Assembly (NCBI GenBank): GCA_030424665.1 | Contig: JAUHWN010000005.1 | Span: 1 to 58,588 of the forward strand | Length of the DNA: 58,588 nucleotides | From: Bdellovibrionia bacterium | Lineage (GTDB): Bacteria; Bdellovibrionota; Bdellovibrionia; Bdellovibrionales; JAGQZY01 | Direction: 5' to 3' | Shown: positions 9,085-17,011 of the stretch, one piece after another | How positions within the stretch are numbered: position 1 is the first letter of the stretch | How the letters are laid out: each line of letters begins with the position of its first letter | Notes under the pieces: generated by a model | Seen by the model: only the letters and a program-made list of their open reading frames with translations | What the model was told of the DNA's origin: nothing | The model's database searches: none | Program-made: the position numbers and the translations under genes

Positions 9085-9669
9085 TTAGGCGATTAATTCT
9101 GTCTTCTCAATCTCTTCTTCGTTGTTATCTTTGATGATTTTCTGAATGAGTTTGTAGATGCGGTCAAGGGGGCGTCTCTCTTCGATGCAATTCACTAAAA
9201 GGCTGCGCTGCCAGTAACTAGGACGAAAACTATCTATTGCATCACTAAGCATACGTGATTGAGAGCGTCGTTCGCCTGAAAACTTAGGCACCTGATAGAA
9301 GTCAGAAAGCGTACCGCCATTGTTCACACAGTCGACAAGGCGAATGGCATAGGCTTCAGCAGAACGTGAAAAGTCGTTTCTAACATCCTCGATAGTTTTT
9401 TCACCCTTGATTAGAAGTTCTTTCCAGAATTTTTGACTTTTAAGATCGGGCTCCCTTTTAAGGATCGATTGATAAATGGTAACCAATTGCTGATCGATTA
9501 AACTCTCATCTAAATCATTATATAACCCGGATTCTTCATCAAATTCTATAATCTCAATAATCTGACTATTAGATTTGAATAGTGAGTTAGATGCGAGTTT
9601 CGATTCCAGCTCTGTCCCCTCAGAGACTGAAAACAAAACTTCAATAATATTACTCGTCAGTTGGTCCAT
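9085..9669 (-). CDS. Hypothetical protein with a DUF4214-like segment
   Basis: The segment VTIYQSILKREPDLKSQKFWKELLIKGEKTIEDVRNDFSRSAEAYA resembles the DUF4214 pattern (lY..iLgRepD..g...W...l..g......v...f..S.E). I prefer the start at ATG 9669 (MDQLTSN) because GGGGGG sits 5 nt upstream; the track start at 9762 lacks a Shine-Dalgarno sequence. Confidence 0.55.
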   Translation of the reverse strand: MDQLTSNIIEVLFSVSEGTELESKLASNSLFKSNSQIIEIIEFDEESGLYNDLDESLIDQQLVTIYQSILKREPDLKSQKFWKELLIKGEKTIEDVRNDFSRSAEAYAIRLVDCVNNGGTLSDFYQVPKFSGERRSQSRMLSDAIDSFRPSYWQRSLLVNCIEERRPLDRIYKLIQKIIKDNNEEEIEKTELIA

Positions 9670-9913
9670 TATTTCCCCCCGAAACTCTTGGCCCAAATAA
9701 ATGGCCCAATTGTCTATTCCCCCCATGTTTCTATCATCCCTCCAAGCGAATGCTTTTCCCACTGATAAAAACTGATTGAACCCATCTCAATATTAGACAA
9801 TTAGGGCCACTCTGTTCGATTTATGCAATTGTTAAGGAAACGTTCAGGACTCTTATATCTAAGACGACTCAATCCAAAATCGATTCAAAAAAAAACATTT
9901 TTTCTCTCAGATC

Positions 9914-9942
9914 AAAAAAAAAGCCCGGAGAACTCTCCAGGC
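9914..9942 (-). terminator. Rho-independent terminator downstream of divIVA
   Basis: Minus strand reads GCCTGGAGA-GT-TCTCCGGGC (one mismatch) followed by T9, 29 nt after the stop at 9971. Confidence 0.6.
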
Positions 9943-9970
9943 TTCGGATATTTTTGTCATTTAAAGGGGA

Positions 9971-10510
9971 TTACTTCATCTCTAGATTGCGAGTCGGACT
10001 CTTGGCCATCGGGTCTCTCTGCCCGCTCGCCGAACTTCGTGGACCCGCTTGGATATCGTTGGTAAACATCTTTCCTTGATCAAGCATGGCCTGATGAGCC
10101 TGAATCAACGCTTTCAGATTGGCTTCGAATTGCATTCGAGATCGTTTGAGGTCAGCAATTTCTTGATAGATTTGCTTGAGAGAATCTTTCGCATCTCGAG
10201 TGATCACATCCGCTTTATGTTCGGCATCTTTAATAATTAATTTCGCCTCTTTCTCGCTATCCTGCTTTATCTGCTCAGACATTTTAGTAGCCGTCTGAAT
10301 CGTCGCTTTAAGAGTTTCATCTCTTTCTTTGTACTCCATAACCGAGAGTTCTTTTTCTCTGAGTTGTTCTTTCAGGGAATTTCGTTCGCGAATGATCTCT
10401 TCCATTTGGTCGGCGACATCACGCATGAAATTATAGACATCTTGAGGCTCTAAACCGTTAAACTTTCTTCTAAAGGTTTTATGTGCGATATCAATCGGCG
10501 CTATTTTCAT
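9971..10510 (-). CDS. divIVA: DivIVA-domain protein
   Basis: The N-terminus MKIAPIDIAHKTFRRKFNGLEPQDVYNFMRDVADQMEEI matches the DivIVA lipid-binding domain signature (I....F....rGYd..eVd.fL). A long coiled coil follows. Confidence 0.85.
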   Translation of the reverse strand: MKIAPIDIAHKTFRRKFNGLEPQDVYNFMRDVADQMEEIIRERNSLKEQLREKELSVMEYKERDETLKATIQTATKMSEQIKQDSEKEAKLIIKDAEHKADVITRDAKDSLKQIYQEIADLKRSRMQFEANLKALIQAHQAMLDQGKMFTNDIQAGPRSSASGQRDPMAKSPTRNLEMK

Positions 10511-10608
10511 GGTTTTTCCCTCCTAAGCCACTATCCTGGCAGCTCGTACTCAATGGAAAGCTTATAAAAAAGACATATTCTGGACAAGACAAATGTTTAG
10601 ATCTGGTC

Positions 10609-11439
10609 TCATTCTAAAAGTTTTCCTAGCTCTCGGTCCCGGATAATGGCCTTACCAAAGCTGATTCTTAGTCCACGCTCTATTTCATTTTCACGCATCG
10701 ACTCGAGTCCAGCGGCCGTGACGCCCTTTTTCGAAGTGACCTTTCGTTGAAGTGATTCTAAATCGACTTCACTGTCAAAACGAGCTAACTCGGCAGCTCC
10801 CAAGAAAGTTTCAACCACCATTCTTCGAGCCACTTCTGGCTCAAATCCATGCTCCTGGATCCACTCCTGCCAATAAAGCATTAATTCAAAAACAAATCCG
10901 GTTCCACTTCCACAGGCCACCATTAGGGCTTCAAACATTTCACCCTCATCGACACTCGTGACGTAACCCATAGCCTGGAAAAGATCTTCTACTAAGGATT
11001 TTATCGGAGATTGGCTCTTATCAAAACTGAGTCCAATGACCGCCTTCTGAATTTGGATTGGAGTATTCGGCATGGCACGTACTATATGCGCTCCGGGTAA
11101 CAACCTTTTTATATCTCTAATCTGAATCCCAGCCGCTAAGCTAATTATAATGTGGTCTTCATTAACAAATGACGAAAGATTTTCTACGGTTGATTTAAAA
11201 TCCTGGGGCTTGACCCCGATGATAATAATATCGGACACTTCAAACAGCTCTTGATTATTGGCTACGGCATTGATCCCCGTCAATTCTACTAACTTATTGA
11301 GTTTACCGGGCGTTCGGTTCGCGCCATAAATATTATGGGGTTCAATGGTCCCCGTCGAAATAAGAGACCGAATGATTGCTTGCCCCATATTTCCAGTTCC
11401 TAAAAATCCTACCTTTTTAGTTTTAAGCAAGTTCGACAT
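10609..11439 (-). CDS. proC: Pyrroline-5-carboxylate reductase
   Basis: N-terminal VGFLGTGNMGQAI Rossmann motif. C-terminal VTSKKGVTAAGLESM corresponds to the ProC signature (V.SpgGtT..gl). Confidence 0.92.
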   Translation of the reverse strand: MSNLLKTKKVGFLGTGNMGQAIIRSLISTGTIEPHNIYGANRTPGKLNKLVELTGINAVANNQELFEVSDIIIIGVKPQDFKSTVENLSSFVNEDHIIISLAAGIQIRDIKRLLPGAHIVRAMPNTPIQIQKAVIGLSFDKSQSPIKSLVEDLFQAMGYVTSVDEGEMFEALMVACGSGTGFVFELMLYWQEWIQEHGFEPEVARRMVVETFLGAAELARFDSEVDLESLQRKVTSKKGVTAAGLESMRENEIERGLRISFGKAIIRDRELGKLLE

Positions 11440-11447
11440 TCTACCTC

Positions 11448-12140
11448 CTAGTTTCTTTCTCCAAAAATGGCACTTCCTATGCGCAGCAAGGTAGAGCCCT
11501 CTTCGATGGCAATTGGGTAGTCATGAGTCGTACCCATAGACAAGACGTTAAAGTGATCGTTAAGATTCACGGGCAGCTTTTCTTTTAGCTCTGAAAACAA
11601 ATATGATGCATCTTTATAAAAGATCCGCAGCATCTTTTCACTTTCCTGAGGCGGGAAGAACATTAGTCCGCATATTTTAAGAGACCCATAGTTATCAATA
11701 GTTTGAATCAACTCCTCTAATTCCGATGCAGAAAACCCCCCTTTAGTTTCTTCTTCAATGAGATTAACCTGCAAAAGCACCTTTTGCTGAACTCCCAACT
11801 CTCGCGCTTTTTCATTACAGAGTTTCAGAATTTTAAGTCGATCAATAGAGTGAATCAATTCTACCTGACCAATCACATCTTTAACTTTATTGGATTGTAG
11901 GTGACCAATGTAATGCCACTTTATAGCCAGTCTTCCGCCATTGAGTTCTATTTTTTCGTGAAGCTCTTGAACATAATTTTCACCGAAATCATGCAACCCT
12001 AAATTGTATGCTTCTTCAATCTCCATAAAACTCTTCTTTTTCGAGACTGCAACTAATTGTAATTCAGACACGTTTCGCGCGGACCGCGCACAGGCTTCAT
12101 TCATTTGCTTTTTAACCAAAAGGAGTTTATCAGCGATCAA
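11448..12140 (-). CDS. yggS: YggS-family pyridoxal-phosphate homeostasis protein
   Basis: LVAVSKKK (PLP lysine context), WHYIGHLQSNKVK and LSMGTTHDYPIAIEEGSTLLRIGSAIFG are typical of the YggS/YBL036C family. It overlaps the maf stop by 4 nt. Confidence 0.9.
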   Translation of the reverse strand: MIADKLLLVKKQMNEACARSARNVSELQLVAVSKKKSFMEIEEAYNLGLHDFGENYVQELHEKIELNGGRLAIKWHYIGHLQSNKVKDVIGQVELIHSIDRLKILKLCNEKARELGVQQKVLLQVNLIEEETKGGFSASELEELIQTIDNYGSLKICGLMFFPPQESEKMLRIFYKDASYLFSELKEKLPVNLNDHFNVLSMGTTHDYPIAIEEGSTLLRIGSAIFGERN

Positions 12141-12724
12141 ATCATCACTCCAATTTCAGCTAGCTCATTTCTTATCTTCGTAATAGGTAGTCCTACAACG
12201 TTCAAAAAATCACCTTCATAGCTATCGACAAATTCACCCGCTTGCCCTTGAATTCCGTAAGACCCCGCCTTATCCATGGGTTCACCGGTTGCTATGTACC
12301 GATCTATTTGCGCTCGATCGAGAGGTTTAAAACAAACTTGAGTCTGATCGAAAGATTGAATCCACTGTCGACTCGAAGAAACGAAGACCGCATAACCAGT
12401 AACAACAGAGTGTGACTTACCAGAAAGTTTTAATAAAGTTTCTCTTGCTTCTTCTTCGGAGACCGGCTTTCCGAGAATTTCTCCTTCGAAAACAACAATT
12501 GTATCTGCTCCGATGAAAATTGCCTGATCCTCATTGTCGAATTGATTTGAACGAATGTAGGCCTCGACTTTAGCCCGAGCCACTTGGGAGACAGCTTTTT
12601 CAATACTTAAATCTGGATTTAAGAACTCCTCAATGTCGACCTTAACAACTTTAGGTGAAATTCCAGCCTCTTCAAGGATCTGCTTCCGGCGGGGCGACTG
12701 GGAGACTAAAACAATGGGAGCCAT
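12137..12724 (-). CDS. maf: Maf-family nucleoside triphosphate pyrophosphatase
   Basis: LVSQSPRRKQILEEAGI, the GADTIV context and DKAGSYGIQG are the conserved Maf motifs. Confidence 0.9.
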   Translation of the reverse strand: MAPIVLVSQSPRRKQILEEAGISPKVVKVDIEEFLNPDLSIEKAVSQVARAKVEAYIRSNQFDNEDQAIFIGADTIVVFEGEILGKPVSEEEARETLLKLSGKSHSVVTGYAVFVSSSRQWIQSFDQTQVCFKPLDRAQIDRYIATGEPMDKAGSYGIQGQAGEFVDSYEGDFLNVVGLPITKIRNELAEIGVMI

Positions 12725-13094
12725 GATTGATTTAGACCATAAATATCTAAAAAGAGAAAGCTTTTTAAAGCTCAGTCCAGACTGTAAAGAGTATGGCCAG
12801 AGGGCCCCCTCTAGAGGGTCATTTGTAAATTGGACGACCAGAAATTTTACAACTTTAGTCTAGGTTCACCCCCAGCGCCCCTAGTGACCTAAATTAACTT
12901 AATAATTTCAATTAGTTACACCAAACAATTGAGGCAAAAATCTATCGCTAAACGATTCAGCAAATTCAGGTTTTCACTAGGAATTTCCGATAGTTCCTAA
13001 TGAAGAGCCATATTTTTTAAAAAGATGGTCCTTTAAGAATACGTTGGAGAACAGTCTTTCTTGTCGTCGAGATAGACACTCTGTTGGGGATATT

Positions 13095-13988
13095 ATGAGC
13101 AATGATCTTTTACTTTACGGTGGACTCGTACTCGCGGGTTATAGCGTCTACCTGATTATACTTTCAATTTTTGGAGACAACTCTGAGGGCCAACTTCAAT
13201 GGGCGACCGGTGACGAACCTCAAAAGTCACCCGTCCCACTCATAGAAACGTCCCGCCCACTCGTTCACCAACTCACACTTCACCACGCTCGAAGAATCAA
13301 AAGTGAGAACTATCGCAAGAAGGTAGAATACAAAATCTTAACGGCGGGCTGGGAAGCTTCCCTCGCAGTCGATGAATACATTGGCTTGCAAATTCTCTGG
13401 GGAGTTCTCTTGCCAGTCCTCCTTGTCGTAATGAAGTTTGCACTTTCGTTAGATTACAATCTCTTTATCCCGATCGCTCTCGGTCTCGTCGGTTTCTTTT
13501 TACCGGGAATGATGGCCAATAGCTCTAAGAAAGAGCGATATACGGCAGTCATTTTAGATCTTCCTTTCTTTATTGATTTATTAGCGCTTTCAACTGAAGC
13601 AGGTCTCGACTTTATTGGCTCAATAAAGAAGATCGTGGAAAAAGCCAATGGCAGTGTTCTCGCCGACGAATTCGATAAAGTAATGCGAGACATTTCATTG
13701 GGAGCCACGCGAGAGCGCGCACTCAAAGACATGTCTTATCGCCTAGATATCAACGAGGTCACAAGCTTCGTCAACGTTTTAACAGACGCTGATGCCACCG
13801 GTGCCAGCATCTCGACAGTTTTAAAAGATCAATCGGAACAAATGAGGTTAGAGCGTTTTGTCCGTGCCGAGAAAGCCGGTGCCAAAGCCTCACAAGCAAT
13901 GCTACTGCCCATGATGGCTTTTATTTTACCCGCGGTTTTCATCATGGTTTTTGCTCCCGTTGCACTACAATTTTTCTATGGGAAATAA
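13095..13988 (+). CDS. Type II secretion system F-domain protein (TadB/TadC-like inner-membrane platform)
   Basis: One T2SSF-type domain: LPFFIDLLALSTEAGLDFIGSIKKI...LGATRERALKDM....VLTDADATGASISTVLKDQSEQMR, flanked by TM helices. I prefer the start at ATG 13095 because GGGGA sits 5 nt upstream. Confidence 0.8.
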   Translation: MSNDLLLYGGLVLAGYSVYLIILSIFGDNSEGQLQWATGDEPQKSPVPLIETSRPLVHQLTLHHARRIKSENYRKKVEYKILTAGWEASLAVDEYIGLQILWGVLLPVLLVVMKFALSLDYNLFIPIALGLVGFFLPGMMANSSKKERYTAVILDLPFFIDLLALSTEAGLDFIGSIKKIVEKANGSVLADEFDKVMRDISLGATRERALKDMSYRLDINEVTSFVNVLTDADATGASISTVLKDQSEQMRLERFVRAEKAGAKASQAMLLPMMAFILPAVFIMVFAPVALQFFYGK

Positions 13989-14008
13989 AATTGGGTCAAG
14001 AGGATAGA

Positions 14009-14356
14009 ATGAGAAAGTTAGTTAATCAGACCAAGAACATAACCATCGCTGAAAAAGTTATCGAAGCCGATAGCATAGGCACGCGCATGGTTGGCCTTAT
14101 GTTCAAGGATAGCTTTCCAGAAAACCAGACTCTTTGGATTTCTCAATGCAATTGGATTCACACTTTCTTTTGTCGCTTTCCACTCGATGTCGTGTTTGTC
14201 GATAAAAAACTCATTGTAAAGGGAATAAAACGGCAACTCAAACCATGGAGACTTCCAGGCCCTGTTTTTTCGGCCAACTCAGTTTTTGAACTGACAGCAG
14301 GTCAAGCGGCTACAAACCAAATTGAAATCGGAGATCAACTCTATGTGGGCAATTAG
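14009..14356 (+). CDS. DUF192 (UPF0127) family protein
   Basis: A....GLMFKD......LWIS.CNWIHTFFCRFPLDVVFVDKKLIV...........SVFELTAG.......IGDQL follows the DUF192 pattern. ATG 14009 has GAGGA 6 nt upstream and lies 20 nt after the TadC-like stop. Confidence 0.75.
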   Translation: MRKLVNQTKNITIAEKVIEADSIGTRMVGLMFKDSFPENQTLWISQCNWIHTFFCRFPLDVVFVDKKLIVKGIKRQLKPWRLPGPVFSANSVFELTAGQAATNQIEIGDQLYVGN

Positions 14357-16016
14357 ACTACTCAACGGAAAAAAGGCCGGTAAAGTTTGTCCACTCAAGG
14401 AGGGGTCAAACATACTAGGACGAGGTCCCGAGGCCACAATTAAAATCGCTTCTTCAGGTGTCTCCAAGACTCATGCGAAGTTTCACATCAGTGGAGATAA
14501 AATTATTGTTTCTGATATGAACTCTAGAAACGGAACTTTTATTAATGGTGTCCGCATACAAAACCAAAGAGTTCACATTGGTGACAAGATCGCTCTTCAC
14601 GACGTTATTATTGAAATACTAAATTTGCCAAACGCAGCCGTATCACCCATGGTTTCTCCAAATCAAGGGGTGCCCATGGTCCAAGGTAATGCCGCCGTGC
14701 AAATGAATCCGCAAATGATGCAACAGATGCAAGCCAATCCACAGATGATGCAGCAACAAATGGGGATGCCACAATACCAACAAATGGAAGATGATGAGGA
14801 AGAGACGGAAAGAGCTCCTACATCAATTCGATCTTGGGATGATGTCATGTACTACGTACATAAGTACATCGACGACGTAGCTATGCCAGGGGTTTATAGA
14901 CTCGTAGAGCTCTTTGAATTTAAGTTTGTGATGCTCGGCTTTGTCATCGCCTTTATCTTTCTAGTGACCTTTCTCTCTGTGATTCCAATGTCGCAAATGA
15001 CAAAAGAAAATATTCAAAAAGAGAGTCAACGAAGAGCCTTAACTATCGCTACAAATTTGGCTCTCTTTAACCGCGGTATTGTCAATGACCGCAGTGGTTT
15101 TACCGCCGAAACGAGAATGGCTGAACGGGAAGAAGGCGTAGAAAAGGCTTTTATAGTTAGCGCAAAAAACAGTGGCGCTATCATTGCCCCGGTAGGTATA
15201 TCTAGCTCCTACGCGAGACAACCCTTTGTAGCAAAGGCTAGAAAACAAGATGACCGCATCGTCGAGCAAATCACAAGTACCAAAATTGGTGCAGCCGTTC
15301 CGATTAAAGTATTCGACTCCACTACTGGGAATCAAACGGTTCATTCTTACGCAGTCGTTATCTACAACATGGATGGTCTGGCGATTGATTTCAAAAGAAC
15401 ATTGAGCCTCTTTATACAGATTTTCATTGTCGCATGCCTACTCGGCTCTTTACTTTACTTCATCCTCTATAAAATCAACACCTTCCCGTACGTTTCTCTA
15501 AATAAACAGATGAACGTTGCTCTTAAAGAAGGACGAGATGATTTAGAGGTTGAATATAAATTTCCTGAGTTGCAAAATTTAATATCAAATATAAATAGCT
15601 CTTTAAGTCGAGCTGCCCTCGCTGGAGCAGCTCCCGACAATATGGGTGATTCAACTACCTCTAAAGAAGAAGAAGCAGAGGCCCTCGTCAATATGATGGG
15701 CTGGGGAGCTTTTGCAGTTAGTGCCATCGACGAACGAATCATTTATGCCAACGATGCCTTTATCGACCAAATGCTCGGTGGCGCTGGTGGCATCCAGGGA
15801 CAGGGAATTGAATCACTAACAGACCCGGCCCTACAAGAGTCATTAAAGGACTTAATTATTCAACTTCAAAGTGGAATCCCACAAGCTATGAACCAACTTC
15901 CTAGTCAGGGATCAGAAATGTTTGAAATTACAGGGCGAACAATTTATGGCTCGCAAGAGCCAGCCTATTACATCTTTAGTGTCGTGCAAAGAGATGCTGA
16001 GGAGGATTACGGATAA
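14343..16016 (+). CDS. FHA-domain membrane protein (FHA, M/Q/P-rich linker, TM, extracytoplasmic domain, TM, PAS-like C-terminus)
   Basis: FHA signature NILGRGPEATIKIASSGVSKTHAKFHISGDKIIVSDMNSRNGTFINGVRI. Low-complexity tract MNPQMMQQMQANPQMMQQQMGMPQYQQ. Two hydrophobic helices: FVMLGFVIAFIFLVTFLSVIP and LSLFIQIFIVACLLGSLLYFILY. The C-terminal segment FAVSAIDERIIYANDAFIDQML...YYIFSVVQRD looks PAS-like. ATG 14343 has GGAG 9 nt upstream and overlaps the DUF192 stop by 14 nt. Confidence 0.85.
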   Translation: MWAIRLLNGKKAGKVCPLKEGSNILGRGPEATIKIASSGVSKTHAKFHISGDKIIVSDMNSRNGTFINGVRIQNQRVHIGDKIALHDVIIEILNLPNAAVSPMVSPNQGVPMVQGNAAVQMNPQMMQQMQANPQMMQQQMGMPQYQQMEDDEEETERAPTSIRSWDDVMYYVHKYIDDVAMPGVYRLVELFEFKFVMLGFVIAFIFLVTFLSVIPMSQMTKENIQKESQRRALTIATNLALFNRGIVNDRSGFTAETRMAEREEGVEKAFIVSAKNSGAIIAPVGISSSYARQPFVAKARKQDDRIVEQITSTKIGAAVPIKVFDSTTGNQTVHSYAVVIYNMDGLAIDFKRTLSLFIQIFIVACLLGSLLYFILYKINTFPYVSLNKQMNVALKEGRDDLEVEYKFPELQNLISNINSSLSRAALAGAAPDNMGDSTTSKEEEAEALVNMMGWGAFAVSAIDERIIYANDAFIDQMLGGAGGIQGQGIESLTDPALQESLKDLIIQLQSGIPQAMNQLPSQGSEMFEITGRTIYGSQEPAYYIFSVVQRDAEEDYG

Positions 16017-17011
16017 TGAATCAACCGATGATGGGTGAACATAGGATCCTGATTGCTTCAGGTCCAGATAAAGGAAGAGCTTTTAGAATTCTTCCTCCCC
16101 AAGTTCGTTTAGGTAGAGACCTGGACAACGACATCGTATTGACTGATCCGAGAATAAGTAGAAATCACCTCGTCCTAGAATTTATCGAGGGGCGCTTAAA
16201 AGTAAGGGATATCTCTAAAAGACCTGGATTAAAGGTTAACTCGAAGCCGACAAAAGAGGCCGGTCTCAATAACGGAGACCAAATCTTACTGGGCTCTACA
16301 AAAATGCTCGTGCAGGTCGTGCAAATGAACCAAGGAGCTGCTCTTCAGGTTGCTCAAGGTGGCCAAGCTATGACCCAAGCTCAGCAAGGATCATCAGGGC
16401 TAGGTCCTTCAGCCTATCAAAACTACGGTCAGCCGGGTCCCAATCCAAACATGCAGTCTGCCAAAAAGGGTGGCGGCAAAAAGCCACTGATCTACATTGT
16501 TGTCGGAGCCATTTTACTCTTTCTTTTTTTAGGCGATAGCGACACCAAAAAGAAGAAAGTCGATGACTACGACATTACTACTTCAGAAGAAATGGATGAA
16601 CTGATTGAAGAGACACAGAAGCGAAATCAAGAGATGAGAGAAAAAAGATCATTTGCTTCAGTCGAAGAGAAAATCAGATATGAAACCGCCCAAGCTCACT
16701 TTATTATCGGTCGACGAGATTATACCAAGGGCAAGTTTGACCGGGCCATCGAAGCCTTTCAAACGGCCTTGGCCAGTGACCCCAATCACGAGGATGCCAG
16801 ACGTTACTACTACTTAGCAAAAAAACGGAGAGATGAAGTCATCGACTCCCATCTCAGAGAGGGACAATACTACGCCAATAATTCTCATTACGATAAATGT
16901 GCATCATCTCTATTGAAAGCGATGGTAATGATTAATAACCCGCAGGAAGAAAAGTACAAACAAGCTAAAATAAAAAGAGAGCAATGTCAGTTGCAAATGG
17001 AGAATAGATAG
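16016..17011 (+). CDS. FHA-domain membrane protein (FHA, Q/G/P-rich linker, TM, TPR-like region)
   Basis: FHA-like VRLGRDLDNDIVLTDPRISRNHLVLEFIEGRLKV; the second half of the signature is degenerate. Q-rich linker, TM helix LIYIVVGAILLFLFL, and a TPR-like segment AIEAFQTALASDPNHEDARRYYYLAK. TAATG stop/start overlap with the upstream gene; GAGGAGG Shine-Dalgarno. Confidence 0.85.
   Translation: MNQPMMGEHRILIASGPDKGRAFRILPPQVRLGRDLDNDIVLTDPRISRNHLVLEFIEGRLKVRDISKRPGLKVNSKPTKEAGLNNGDQILLGSTKMLVQVVQMNQGAALQVAQGGQAMTQAQQGSSGLGPSAYQNYGQPGPNPNMQSAKKGGGKKPLIYIVVGAILLFLFLGDSDTKKKKVDDYDITTSEEMDELIEETQKRNQEMREKRSFASVEEKIRYETAQAHFIIGRRDYTKGKFDRAIEAFQTALASDPNHEDARRYYYLAKKRRDEVIDSHLREGQYYANNSHYDKCASSLLKAMVMINNPQEEKYKQAKIKREQCQLQMENR

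Noticed and set aside
14690-14780. Apparent DNA tandem repetition (atgcaacagatgcaagccaatccacagatgatgcagcaacaaatg).
   Set aside because: It is in frame within the first FHA gene and encodes the M/Q/P-rich linker. This is coding low complexity, not an independent repeat element or VNTR-like locus.
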